In this document: one piece after another, positions 9,830 through 19,625 of the stretch
Layout: each line of letters begins with the position of its first letter
Position numbering within the stretch: the stretch's first letter is position 1
From: Zymomonas mobilis subsp. mobilis ATCC 10988
GTDB taxonomy: Bacteria > Pseudomonadota > Alphaproteobacteria > Sphingomonadales > Sphingomonadaceae
Assembly (NCBI RefSeq): GCF_000175255.2
Contig: NC_017262.1
Location: forward strand, 1,140,001 to 1,172,000
Direction of reading: 5' to 3'
DNA length: 32,000 nt
Translations under genes and position numbers: made by a program
The notes under the pieces: model-generated
Databases searched by the model: none
What the model saw: the letters and a program-made list of their open reading frames with translations, nothing else
What the model was told of the DNA's origin: nothing

Positions 9830-9851
9830 GAGTAGCTGGGGATAAACGTTA

Positions 9852-11336
9852 ATGGCAAATAGGTTAAGCAAAACGCGTCTTTTGCGGCATGTTGCAGTCA
9901 GCTGTCTTTGTGCTTTTTCAGTCGCATCATGCAATATGGCAAAAGAAAATAAGCCGAAAACCCCGCTTATCGGAGAACGCACTCCTATTCTTATGACCGA
10001 GAATGGGGTTGAGATTGATTCCGGCTTGGCATCTGTTCCGGTAACCGTTCCCGATGCCTTTTTGAATGACACATGGGAACAGCCGGGCGGTAATGCTGAA
10101 AAATCCATGGGGCATTTGGAACTTGGTAAAGCGACGAAACGGCTTTGGCAGGCGCATATCGGCGGAGGAAGCACCCGCGCCCGTATGGCCTCGGGGCCTG
10201 TGATCTCGGATGGTCGCTTATATGTTGTTGATACGCACGCCCATCTTTATGCCTTTGATGCTGATAGCGGAAAGCTACTTTGGAAAAAAATGGTCGGTGA
10301 CGGCCATGATATTATCAAAAATATTCCGACTGGCGATGAAGATGAAGAGCCGTTACCCGCTCCCAATCGTTCAGATAAGCAGGCTTATGCTCTCTGGGAA
10401 AGAGCCGAAAAGATCAGAATAAAAAACAAGAAGCCTCGCCGAGGAAGCTCGAATAGTGCCGCTTTATTTGGTGGCGGTGTTAGTGTTGATGGTGATCGTT
10501 TGTTTGCGACTTCCGGTATTGGTGATGTGGCGGCCTTCGATGCCAAAACGGGTAAACAACTTTGGGTTAAACGTCCCGGCGGTCCTGTGAGGGGCGCTCC
10601 CGGTGTTGGTCTTGGCAATGTCTATGTGATTTCTCGCGATAACCAGATATTCGCTCTTTCCGAAGATACCGGAGAGCTGAAATGGTCTGATGCGGCGACT
10701 TTAGAAACAACCGCCATTTTTGGGGCGGCTGCGCCCTCTATTGCCCATGGTACGGTTATTGCCGGATTCTCTTCCGGCGAATTAAGCGCTTATCGTTACG
10801 AAAATGGTTACGAGGTTTGGCAGGATGCTTTATCTCGCACCAGTATTTCTACCACGGTTGGTAGTTTATCCGATATCAACGCTTTCCCTGTTATTGATTC
10901 CGGCCATGTTTATGCCGTCGGACAAGGTGGCCGAATGGTCGCTGTCGATTTGTTCATGGGGCAGCGTTTATGGGAACTCAATATATCCGGATTTTCAACG
11001 CCTTGGGTCGTTGGGCAATGGATATTTGTTGTAACGATGGATGCGAAATTACTCGCCATTCAACGCTCAAATGGTCATATCCGCTGGATGAGTGAATTAA
11101 AGGCTTGGGCTAATCCATCCAAGAAAACAGGCCCCATTAACTGGAATGGTCCTGTTCTTGCCGGAGGACGGCTGATTCTGACCAATAACCGTGGAGAATT
11201 GATCGAAGTTGATCCAGCCGATGGTCAAATGATTTCCAGACGTCGCCTTGGTCTGCCTATGGTTGTAACCCCTGTTGTCGCTCGCAATAATTTATATTTA
11301 TTGGGAGAAAATGGTCAGTTACAGGCATGGCACTAA
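9852..11336 (+). CDS. bamB: Outer membrane protein assembly factor BamB (PQQ-like beta-propeller lipoprotein)
   Basis: Lipobox-like FSVASC; repeated propeller motifs (LYAFDADSGKLLWKK, VAAFDAKTGKQLWVKR, IFALSEDTGELKWSD, MVAVDLFMGQRLWEL, LLAIQRSNGHIRWMS). Confidence 0.9.
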   Translation: MANRLSKTRLLRHVAVSCLCAFSVASCNMAKENKPKTPLIGERTPILMTENGVEIDSGLASVPVTVPDAFLNDTWEQPGGNAEKSMGHLELGKATKRLWQAHIGGGSTRARMASGPVISDGRLYVVDTHAHLYAFDADSGKLLWKKMVGDGHDIIKNIPTGDEDEEPLPAPNRSDKQAYALWERAEKIRIKNKKPRRGSSNSAALFGGGVSVDGDRLFATSGIGDVAAFDAKTGKQLWVKRPGGPVRGAPGVGLGNVYVISRDNQIFALSEDTGELKWSDAATLETTAIFGAAAPSIAHGTVIAGFSSGELSAYRYENGYEVWQDALSRTSISTTVGSLSDINAFPVIDSGHVYAVGQGGRMVAVDLFMGQRLWELNISGFSTPWVVGQWIFVVTMDAKLLAIQRSNGHIRWMSELKAWANPSKKTGPINWNGPVLAGGRLILTNNRGELIEVDPADGQMISRRRLGLPMVVTPVVARNNLYLLGENGQLQAWH

Positions 11337-11402
11337 TGCATAGTAAAATTACATTACTTCCCCGTTATTTTAGTGAGCCTTTGCTCTCAATAGGAAAATA
11401 AT

Positions 11403-12767
11403 ATGCCAAGCGTTGCCATTATTGGCCGCCCGAATGTCGGAAAATCCACTTTATTCAATAGATTGGTTGGGAAAAGGCTCGCTCTGGTGGATGATCGTCC
11501 GGGCGTTACCCGCGATCGTCGTGAGGGCGATGCCGAACTTATCGGAATGCCTTTTCGGGTTATTGATACGGCTGGTTTTGAAGATGAAGACCCAGCCAGC
11601 TTACCCGGCAGAATGCGCGTTCAGACTGAAGCTGCCGTTAAAGAATGCGATGTCGCCTTATTCGTCATTGATGCGCGACAGGGCATAACCCCTCTTGATG
11701 AGGAAATTGCCCGCTGGTTAAGAGCTTTAGGAAAACCAATTATTGTTCTTGCCAATAAATGCGAAGGCAAGGGCGGTGAATCCGGGCTATTGGAAGCCTA
11801 TTCTTTGGGGTTCGGTGAACCTCTGCCTTTCTCTGCCGAGCATGGTGAAGGGCTGGTAGGCCTATTTCAAGCATTAAGGCCCTTTGTCGAAGGCTATTCG
11901 CTTGAAGAGGACACCTCTTCGGAAGATGAAGACGAAGAGAAAAGCGAAGAAGAAATTGACCTGTCGCCTTTGCAGTTGGCGATTGTCGGTCGTCCTAATG
12001 CCGGTAAATCAACGCTTATCAATCGCTTGATTGGCGTTGACCGTATGATTACGGGGCCGGAAGCCGGTATTACTCGCGATTCAATTGCAATTGACTGGTC
12101 ATGGCAAGGACGGCCTGTCCGTTTAATTGACACAGCAGGACTTCGTAAGAAAGCTCGTGTTGTTGATAAGATGGAACGTCTGTCTGTGATGGATACTTTC
12201 CGTACGATTGACTATGCGGAAGTTGTCGTCTTGTTGCTGGATGGCACCCAAGGTCTTGAAGGGCAAGATTTGCGTATTGCAGATCGTGTTCTTGAAGAAG
12301 GGCGCAGTCTGATTATTGCTATCAATAAATGGGATATGGTCGAAAACCCGTCAGCCTTTTTGCAGGCTATCAGGGAAGGGCTGAATGATGGTCTGGCACA
12401 GGTCAAGGGTGTCCCACTTATTACGATTTCGGCATTGACCGGACGGGGTGTTGATCCTTTATTAAAAGCTGCTTTTGAGACTAGAAAAGCATGGAGCCAT
12501 CGTGTTTCGACCGGTCAACTTAATCGTTGGCTAACCCGTGCAATTGCGCATCATGCGCCCCCAGCACCGGGCGGTAAACGTATCAAATTACGCTATTTAA
12601 CCCAGATCAAGACACGGCCTCCGACGTTTGTTTTATTCGGAACCCGTGTGGATCAATTACCGACCAGTTATGAACGCTATTTAATCAATAGCCTTCGGTC
12701 TGATCTTGATTTTGGTTCAGTGCCTATTCGGTTACATTTCCGATCACCCGAAAATCCATTCGATTAA
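11403..12767 (+). CDS. der: Ribosome-associated GTPase Der (EngA)
   Basis: Two tandem G domains: GRPNVGKST/DTAGF/NKCE and GRPNAGKST/DTAGLR/NKWD; C-terminal KH-like domain. Confidence 0.97.
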   Translation: MPSVAIIGRPNVGKSTLFNRLVGKRLALVDDRPGVTRDRREGDAELIGMPFRVIDTAGFEDEDPASLPGRMRVQTEAAVKECDVALFVIDARQGITPLDEEIARWLRALGKPIIVLANKCEGKGGESGLLEAYSLGFGEPLPFSAEHGEGLVGLFQALRPFVEGYSLEEDTSSEDEDEEKSEEEIDLSPLQLAIVGRPNAGKSTLINRLIGVDRMITGPEAGITRDSIAIDWSWQGRPVRLIDTAGLRKKARVVDKMERLSVMDTFRTIDYAEVVVLLLDGTQGLEGQDLRIADRVLEEGRSLIIAINKWDMVENPSAFLQAIREGLNDGLAQVKGVPLITISALTGRGVDPLLKAAFETRKAWSHRVSTGQLNRWLTRAIAHHAPPAPGGKRIKLRYLTQIKTRPPTFVLFGTRVDQLPTSYERYLINSLRSDLDFGSVPIRLHFRSPENPFD

Positions 12768-12778
12768 TATCAAAAAAA

Positions 12779-12808
12779 AGCTTCCTGAGAAATCAGGAAG
12801 CTTTTTTT
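12779..12808. terminator. Bidirectional intrinsic terminator between convergent der and fhs
   Basis: agcttcctga-gaaa-tcaggaagct with A-run upstream and T-run downstream. Confidence 0.88.
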
Positions 12809-12830
12809 CTAGCTTGGTTTTGAAACGAAA

Positions 12831-14504
12831 TTAAGCGAGGCCGATAATTTCGTTATCTTCATTGATATCGATATTTTCGGCGGCGGGATGACGCGGTAAG
12901 CCCGGCATCGTCATGATATTACCGGAAATAGCGACAATGAAGCCAGCACCGGCATTCAGGCGCACTTCTCTAATCGGGAAGATATGGCCAGTCGGCGCAT
13001 TCTTGGCTTTCGGATCTGCCGAGAAGGAAGATTGCGTTTTTGCAATACAAACGGGCAAATCACCAAAGCCCTGTTCTTCAAAACTTTTCAGTTTCTTGAG
13101 AACGGCACCCTGCGGCACAACTTCACCTGCGCGATAGATTTCTTTGGCGATCGTTTCGATCTTCTTCCAAAGCGGCATTTCGTCAGGATAGAGAAGGCGG
13201 AAAGAATCTTCCTTCGGTGCATCCAAGATAGCCGACAATTTACGAGCCAAATCTTCGGCACCCGCACCACCATCAGTGAAATGGGTGCAGACAGCAGAAT
13301 CAAGACCGATTGAGGCGCAAAGATCCTGAAGTTTGTCTAATTCAGCTTCAGTATCGCTATGGAAGCGGTTGATAGCGACTACCGTTTTAACACCGAATTT
13401 GGCAAGATTTTCAGCATGACGGGCGAGATTGGCAAAGCCGGTTTCAAGCGCTGCAATATTCTCGTTTTTCAAATCAGCCAAGGCAACCCCACCATGCATC
13501 TTCAATGCACGGATTGTGGCAACCAGAACGACTGCATCCGGTTCAAGATTGGCCTGACGGCATTTGATGTCGAAGAATTTTTCGGCACCAAGGTCAGCAC
13601 CAAAGCCAGCTTCGGTAATCGCAATATCACCAAGATACAACGCGGCTTTCGTTGCAATCAGGGAGTTACAACCATGAGCAATATTCGCGAAAGGCCCGCC
13701 ATGAATAAGCGCAGGATTACCTTCCAAGGTCTGCACAAGATTCGGCTGTAAAGCATCTTTCAAAAGGGCTGTCATTGCGCCAGCGGCTTTAATCTTGGCG
13801 GCTGCGACTGGATTATGATCGTTATCTTCACCGATAATGATTCTTTCCAGACGGCTACGAAGATCTTTCAGATCTGAAGCAAGGCAAAGAATGGCCATAA
13901 CTTCCGAAGCAACGCTGATATCGAAACCACCTTCGCGCGGATAGCCATTAGCCTTCCCACCAAGACCGATAACCATATTCCGAAGCATCCGGTCATTCAT
14001 ATCAATGACCCGACGGAAGGTAATGCTGTTACGATCCATAACAGGCTCATTGCCCCAATGGACGTGATTATCAATCATTGCGGCCAGAAGGTCATGCGCG
14101 GAAGTGATGGCATGAAAATCACCCGTGAAATGCAAATTGATGCGTTCCATCGGAACGACCTGTGCATAACCACCACCGGCAGCCCCACCTTTAACGCCAA
14201 AGCAAGGACCTAAAGACGGTTCACGCAGACAGATAACAGCTTTTTTCCCGATCCGGTTAAAAGCATCACCAAGGCCAACCGTTGTTGTGGTTTTACCTTC
14301 ACCGGCAGGGGTCGGGGTAATGGCGCTTACCAGAACCAGTTTACCGCGAGGTTTGGATGATAGGCTGTTCAGATATTCCCCATCAAGCTTGGCGATGGTA
14401 TGCCCATAAGACAAAACAGATTCATCAGGAATATTCAGGCGGCCAGCAATCTCGGTAATCGGTTTTAAGGTTGCGGCTCTAGCGATTTCGATATCGCTCA
14501 GCAT
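12831..14504 (-). CDS. fhs: Formate--tetrahydrofolate ligase
   Basis: [66 protein letters not shown]. The track ORF begins at TTG 14525, but ATG at 14504 sits behind a GGAGAG Shine-Dalgarno, so I place the start there. Confidence 0.96.
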   Translation of the reverse strand: MLSDIEIARAATLKPITEIAGRLNIPDESVLSYGHTIAKLDGEYLNSLSSKPRGKLVLVSAITPTPAGEGKTTTTVGLGDAFNRIGKKAVICLREPSLGPCFGVKGGAAGGGYAQVVPMERINLHFTGDFHAITSAHDLLAAMIDNHVHWGNEPVMDRNSITFRRVIDMNDRMLRNMVIGLGGKANGYPREGGFDISVASEVMAILCLASDLKDLRSRLERIIIGEDNDHNPVAAAKIKAAGAMTALLKDALQPNLVQTLEGNPALIHGGPFANIAHGCNSLIATKAALYLGDIAITEAGFGADLGAEKFFDIKCRQANLEPDAVVLVATIRALKMHGGVALADLKNENIAALETGFANLARHAENLAKFGVKTVVAINRFHSDTEAELDKLQDLCASIGLDSAVCTHFTDGGAGAEDLARKLSAILDAPKEDSFRLLYPDEMPLWKKIETIAKEIYRAGEVVPQGAVLKKLKSFEEQGFGDLPVCIAKTQSSFSADPKAKNAPTGHIFPIREVRLNAGAGFIVAISGNIMTMPGLPRHPAAENIDINEDNEIIGLA

Positions 14505-14933
14505 ATGAATTCTCTCCAAAAGCAAAAGTAAATTTAGCGAGAAGTGTAAAAAGATAGATAACAGCTATCTGTTCTTAGCCGCTATTTAAGGCAATAAAAT
14601 ATATAACGAAATAAGGTTTTTTAGATATATTTTTTTCAAAAATATTAAACAATTATATTACAAGGTGAAAAAATATTATGCTGATCTTTTTAAGATAGGA
14701 TAAGCGCCTTTTCTCCAATATAAGAGCCGCCATAGTTGTATAAAACAGGGTTGGAACCTGCTGGGTTTATCAACTCTGTTGCCGGAAAATTATCCTTCAT
14801 TATACGCTATGTCGGTAACAGCCTTAAAGGAATGAGGCCTGATCTTTTCTATTCTGAGGTCGGGTAAGGTTGTTCTGATTTTAACCGATACATGAAGTCT
14901 TAAGTTAAATTCTACAGTTGGAAATCAAGGAAT

Positions 14934-15251
14934 ATGGATAGCAAAAAACTGCCGGATTCCGGCTCTTTTGTTGGTGAAGGAAAAGAGGCTTTCGAAATTG
15001 AGATAGCATCTAGCGGTGAAGTTATTCCGGTTACATCTGACCAAACAATTGCAGATGCCTTGGAAAAAGCAGGTATCGAAACGGTCATCGCCTGTGAAGA
15101 GGGCGTTTGCGGGGCTTGCATGGTCGGATTGGTCTCGGGGGAAGCTGATCATCGTGACCATATCCAGTCAGAAGAAGAAAAAGCCCAGAATAAAGAAATC
15201 GCTATTTGTTGTTCGCGCGCCCGTTCTGCCCGTTTAGTTCTGGATCTCTAG
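14934..15251 (+). CDS. Stand-alone 2Fe-2S ferredoxin domain of the phthalate dioxygenase reductase type
   Basis: IACEEGVCGACMVGLVSGEADHRD...CCSRARSARLVLDL: Cys cluster-binding motif plus the SRARS..LVLDL C-terminus typical of PDR-family reductases. Confidence 0.82.
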   Translation: MDSKKLPDSGSFVGEGKEAFEIEIASSGEVIPVTSDQTIADALEKAGIETVIACEEGVCGACMVGLVSGEADHRDHIQSEEEKAQNKEIAICCSRARSARLVLDL

Positions 15252-15376
15252 TAATTTCATTCGACAGTGATCAGTTTTTTGTGAAGGGCAGAATTTTAAA
15301 AAAATTGCAGATTCAGATGCTTGATATTATAAATTTTTAAACAAAAAATGAAATTTTCTGGGAAAAATACCTAATT

Positions 15377-15871
15377 ATGATCAGAAAGCTGGATGATTTT
15401 GATATCAAAATTTTAGACCTGCTTCAGCATGATGCCACTGCGACTATGGCTGAATTATCAGAGAAAACAGGTCTGTCAGCGAATGCATGTTGGCGTCGTA
15501 TCCGGCTTTTAGAAGCGGATGGTGTTATCAAAAATCGCGTCACTTTGCTTGATCCCCAGAAAATCGGGCTTGGTATTACAGTGTTCGTCTGTATCCGCTG
15601 TGCGGAACATTCCCAAGATTGGTTGGATAACTTTCTGCAAATCGTCAATGAATCGCCGGAAGTGATAGAGTTTTATCGTTTGGCAGGGGACATTGACTAT
15701 CTTTTGAAGTTACAGGTCGCGAGCATTAGTGAATATGATCGTCTTTATAAAAAGCTGGTCAGCCGTGTGAAGCTGACGGATGTAAGTGCTATTTTTTCCA
15801 TGGAAGAACTAAAACATAGCACAATTCTGCCTTTGCCAGAAACTTCAGATAAGGCAGAGCGCAAAGTCTAA
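15377..15871 (+). CDS. Lrp/AsnC family transcriptional regulator
   Basis: [47 protein letters not shown] helix-turn-helix followed by a RAM-like domain. Confidence 0.92.
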   Translation: MIRKLDDFDIKILDLLQHDATATMAELSEKTGLSANACWRRIRLLEADGVIKNRVTLLDPQKIGLGITVFVCIRCAEHSQDWLDNFLQIVNESPEVIEFYRLAGDIDYLLKLQVASISEYDRLYKKLVSRVKLTDVSAIFSMEELKHSTILPLPETSDKAERKV

Positions 15872-16566
15872 TATTCTTCGATTAGACGGCCGTCATGTAA
15901 GGTAACGATCCTATCCATCTTGCGAGCCATAGCCATATTATGGGTCGCTATGATAGCGGCAGAACCTTGGCGGCGCACTAGTCTTAAAAATTCATGCAGC
16001 ACAATATCACCGGTAGCTTCATCGAGATTGCCTGTAGGTTCATCGGCTAGAACCAAGGCTGGACGATTGGCTAAAGCGCGTGCCACGGCTACCCGTTGTT
16101 GCTCACCCCCTGATAGTTGGGAAGGGTAATGTTTTAGACGTTCTTCCAGTTTTAAAGAGTTGAGCAAAAAATGGGCGTGCTCTTTAGCCTGATGCGAAGA
16201 TTTTCCCTGAATGAGTTGGGGAAGCATCACATTTTCTAAAGCTGAAAAATCAGGCAGCAAGTGATGAAATTGGTACACAAAACCAAGATGATCGCGCCGA
16301 ATAGCAGTGCGCTCTTTATCATTCAAAGAGCCGATTTCCTGCCCCAGAATATTGATGGAGCCTGTAAATCCATTTTCCAGAAGACCAATCGCTTGCAGAA
16401 AAGTCGATTTCCCTGCCCCAGAAGGTCCCAAAAGCGCTAAAATTTCACCTCGCCTGACGATCAGATCAATCCCGCGCAAAATCTGGATTTCATGTTCGCC
16501 CTGTTTGAATGCTCTTTGAAGATCGGTTACTTCAATAACATTATTATAGGATAGCGGGCTATTCAT
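15868..16566 (-). CDS. lolD: Lipoprotein-releasing ABC transporter ATP-binding protein LolD
   Basis: Walker [10 protein letters not shown], signature [15 protein letters not shown], Walker [13 protein letters not shown]. The track ORF runs to 16671, but the downstream ATG at 16566 aligns with the usual start. Confidence 0.93.
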   Translation of the reverse strand: MNSPLSYNNVIEVTDLQRAFKQGEHEIQILRGIDLIVRRGEILALLGPSGAGKSTFLQAIGLLENGFTGSINILGQEIGSLNDKERTAIRRDHLGFVYQFHHLLPDFSALENVMLPQLIQGKSSHQAKEHAHFLLNSLKLEERLKHYPSQLSGGEQQRVAVARALANRPALVLADEPTGNLDEATGDIVLHEFLRLVRRQGSAAIIATHNMAMARKMDRIVTLHDGRLIEEY

Positions 16567-17809
16567 AGCGCAAGACCTCAACCGGATCAGTGCTGGCGGC
16601 CTTCCATGCAGGATAAAGCGTAAAGAGGAAGCTGGAACCAATAGACAAGGCAATGATGCCAATGACCTCAATCAGATCGACCCGCGCCGGAAGTTCGGTA
16701 ATAATGCGGATCGAAGGGTCCCATAAATTCTGGCCGCTGAAATATTGAATGGCATTGACCAAGGGCTGACGGAAATAAAGGATCACAAAGGCTAGGATAA
16801 CACCTGCCAAGGTTCCCAAGCTGCCGATGGCTAATCCCACCGCCATAAAGATTTTCAGCATGGCGATGCGGGAGGCACCCATTGTCCTTAGAATAGCGAT
16901 ATCTCTGTTTTTGGCGCGAACCAGCATAATCAGAGAAGACAAGATATTGAATGCGGCCACGAGAATAATCAGAGCCAAAATCCAGAACATCACGACGCGT
17001 TCAACGGATAACGCCTGAAACAGGCTGGCATTCATATTGCGCCAATCCTGTAAGACCCCGACATTGGCGACTCTGTCTTTTAACGGATCGAGTATTTGTC
17101 CTACACGATCGGCGTTATTGGTTTTAATCTCGATAATACCAACCGTATCATTCATCATCAGCAGGGTCTGTGCATCAGAAAGCGGCATAATCACGAAGGC
17201 TTTATCGTAATCATACACACCGACTTCAAATATCGCAGCGACCCTGTAAGACACAATCCTTGGCACTGTCCCAAAGGGTGTTGTTTGTCCTGCGGGGGAT
17301 ATAAGACTGATATCATCGCCCGCATGGATACCAAGCTGTTCAGCTAACCGAATACCTATAATAACATTGTTTGAACCCGCTTTTAATTCGTTGAGATGAC
17401 CTTCTCGAATATTTGAACGGATGAGATTGTTATTATTAACGTCGTTTAAAGCCATCCCCCTTAATAAAACGCCTTCAACACGACCCGCATGGGTCGCCAT
17501 CAGAGGTTGTTCAATAAGAGGAATGGCACTGGTTACACCCGGCGTCTTTCTTGTGGCTTCAAGGATAGGTCGCCAATTCGCAAGCTCGCCATTATAGCCT
17601 TGAATCACGGCATGGCCGTTAATGCCTACGATTTTATCAAATAATTCCGCCCTGAACCCGTTCATGACGCTCATCACAATGATGAGAGCGGCGACCCCTA
17701 AAGTAACAGCCAAAAGGCTAATAGAGGCCACCAAAAATATGAACGCTTCGCCCTTGCCCGGTAAAAGGTATCTTCTGGCTATTATTCGTTCATAGGCGGA
17801 AAGAATCAT
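16559..17809 (-). CDS. lolC: Lipoprotein-releasing ABC transporter permease (LolC/LolE family)
   Basis: [70 protein letters not shown]. Confidence 0.92.
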   Translation of the reverse strand: MILSAYERIIARRYLLPGKGEAFIFLVASISLLAVTLGVAALIIVMSVMNGFRAELFDKIVGINGHAVIQGYNGELANWRPILEATRKTPGVTSAIPLIEQPLMATHAGRVEGVLLRGMALNDVNNNNLIRSNIREGHLNELKAGSNNVIIGIRLAEQLGIHAGDDISLISPAGQTTPFGTVPRIVSYRVAAIFEVGVYDYDKAFVIMPLSDAQTLLMMNDTVGIIEIKTNNADRVGQILDPLKDRVANVGVLQDWRNMNASLFQALSVERVVMFWILALIILVAAFNILSSLIMLVRAKNRDIAILRTMGASRIAMLKIFMAVGLAIGSLGTLAGVILAFVILYFRQPLVNAIQYFSGQNLWDPSIRIITELPARVDLIEVIGIIALSIGSSFLFTLYPAWKAASTDPVEVLRYE

Positions 17810-19137
17810 CGTTGCTGATGACCTGCCGTAAGAAGATTGAAGGCATCTTCAACAGAAATAGTCTGCTTTTCACCACTTGCGCGGTTTTTCAACTCGACAA
17901 CGCCTTTTTCAGCACCTTTGGGGCCAATAACAACCTGCCAAGGCAGACCGATCAGATCCATGGTAGCAAATTTGGCACCGCCTCTTTCGTTACGGTCATC
18001 GTAAAGGGTATCAATGCCTGCGGCTTCCAAACGTTGATAGAGAGAATCCGCAATCGCCCGACAATTTTCGTCATCAATTCTAAGATTGATAAGACCGACA
18101 TGATAAGGGGCGACGGCCTCTGGCCAGATAATGCCGTTATCGTCATGGCTGGCTTCGATAATGGCACCCAAAAGGCGGGAAATACCAATGCCATAGCTGC
18201 CCATCTGGATCGGAATTGGTTTTCCATCGGGGCCGGGGAGGGTGAATCCCATCGGTTTTGAATATTTTGTGCCAAAGAAGAAAATATGGCCGACTTCGAT
18301 ACCGCGCGACTGGCGCAATTTGTCGCCTGCTTGTGCTTCTCTTAAAGGATCACGCTTTTCATCTGTAGCGGCATAATCAGAGATATGATCGTTAACGATA
18401 CTTTGAAGGGCTTTGGGATCATCGAAATCAGCTTCGATATGGCGGGTCGGCTGTTCCCAATTGCTATGATAGAAAACATCGCTTTCGCCATTTGGAGCAA
18501 GAACGATAAATTCGTGCGATAAATCACCACCGATAGGCCCAGTATCAGCCTGCATCGGGATAGCTCTTAACCCAAGGCGTGAAAAGCTGTTCAAATAAGC
18601 GACGAACATCCGGTTATAATTGTGACGACCAGCCGTTTCATCGATATCGAAGCTGTAAGCATCTTTCATCAGGAATTCGCGGCCACGCATCACACCGAAA
18701 CGTGGGCGGACTTCATCGCGGAATTTCCATTGAATATGATAGAAAATGCGCGGCAGATCGCGATAGCTTTGCAGATTATCGCGAATAAGTGCAGTAATCA
18801 TTTCTTCGTTGGTCGGACCATACAGTAATTCGCGATTATGTCTGTCCTTGATACGCAGCATTTCAGGGCCATAAGCATCATACCGGCCAGATTCACGCCA
18901 CAGATCAGCCGTTTGAAGCGTCGGCATCAATAATTCAAGCGCCCCAGCCCGAGCTTGTTCTTCGCGGATAATTTTTTCAATCCGGCGCAAAACCCGCAGT
19001 CCCAAGGGAAGCCATGCATAAATACCGGCAGCCGTCTGGCGAATCATACCAGCTCTTAGCATGAGTTTGTGGCTGATAATCTGGGCATCAGCCGGCGTTT
19101 CTTTCATCACAGGAAGAAAATAACGGGATAAGCGCAT
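17806..19137 (-). CDS. proS: Proline--tRNA ligase (short alphaproteobacterial type)
   Basis: [46 protein letters not shown]; GPTNEEMI; [25 protein letters not shown]. Confidence 0.97.
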   Translation of the reverse strand: MRLSRYFLPVMKETPADAQIISHKLMLRAGMIRQTAAGIYAWLPLGLRVLRRIEKIIREEQARAGALELLMPTLQTADLWRESGRYDAYGPEMLRIKDRHNRELLYGPTNEEMITALIRDNLQSYRDLPRIFYHIQWKFRDEVRPRFGVMRGREFLMKDAYSFDIDETAGRHNYNRMFVAYLNSFSRLGLRAIPMQADTGPIGGDLSHEFIVLAPNGESDVFYHSNWEQPTRHIEADFDDPKALQSIVNDHISDYAATDEKRDPLREAQAGDKLRQSRGIEVGHIFFFGTKYSKPMGFTLPGPDGKPIPIQMGSYGIGISRLLGAIIEASHDDNGIIWPEAVAPYHVGLINLRIDDENCRAIADSLYQRLEAAGIDTLYDDRNERGGAKFATMDLIGLPWQVVIGPKGAEKGVVELKNRASGEKQTISVEDAFNLLTAGHQQR

Positions 19138-19552
19138 AGGATAAAAACTTCATCTGTCATAAAAAGGTTATTTTTAATGCTTGTAAATGTCAGAACCCGT
19201 TGCTGCAACTGAACTTTTTCTTTTTCAATCAACTTTAATGATGAAAAAAATACAAAAGAAGTTTTTATCAAAAGAACGGGATAGGGGGATTTTGGTAGCC
19301 GTTTTTCTTACAAGACAAAAATGAGAGAGTGGTTCGCAACTAATGTTGCATCTATAACACATTTCTCGCCCATTTTAGCACAGACATGAAAAGCACGATG
19401 ACAAGATCGCAGAAGTCGCATAGCCTTCAATACAGGCCTTAATTCAAGGGGGATTGGTCTAAAAGACTAAAGTCTTTTTATGATTCTTTCGGGGGGAAGT
19501 AATCAAAAGACTATATGTCGAGCAAGGGGGTTGACGCTTACCGTCACGCGAG

Positions 19553-19582
19553 ACGCCCGGGTTTTTACCCGGGCGTTTTTTT
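19553..19582 (+). terminator. Strong intrinsic terminator oriented to the + strand, with no assigned gene
   Basis: acgcccgggttttt acccgggcgttttttt: 8-9 bp GC-rich stem with a T-run only on the + strand side. Both flanking genes are on the minus strand. Confidence 0.85.
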
Positions 19583-19584
19583 AT

Positions 19585-19620
19585 GCAAAAAAGGCCATCA
19601 ATTTTTTGATGGCCTTTTGC
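19585..19620 (-). terminator. pyrG intrinsic terminator
   Basis: gcaaaaggccatcaa-aaaa-ttgatggccttttttgc read on the minus strand, starting 6 nt after the pyrG stop. Confidence 0.85.
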
Positions 19621-19625
19621 TTTTC

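Noticed and set aside
11850-11955. Acidic low-complexity stretch (EEDTSSEDEDEEKSEEEID) in Der
   Set aside because: It is the variable linker between the two G domains, where acidic sequence is common in Der proteins.
13359-13751. 130-aa + strand ORF
   Set aside because: Fully antisense inside fhs, no family resemblance; a typical shadow ORF. The same reasoning applies to track ORFs at 4570-4878, 5127-5366, 9737-10174, 11894-12133, 17812-18261, 22361-22708, 24227-24538, 30313-30786 and similar.
19461-19478. Perfect short inverted repeat aaaagact-aa-agtctttt
   Set aside because: The 2-nt loop is sterically poor as an RNA hairpin and the arms are A/T-rich; it may be a protein site, but I have no support beyond symmetry.
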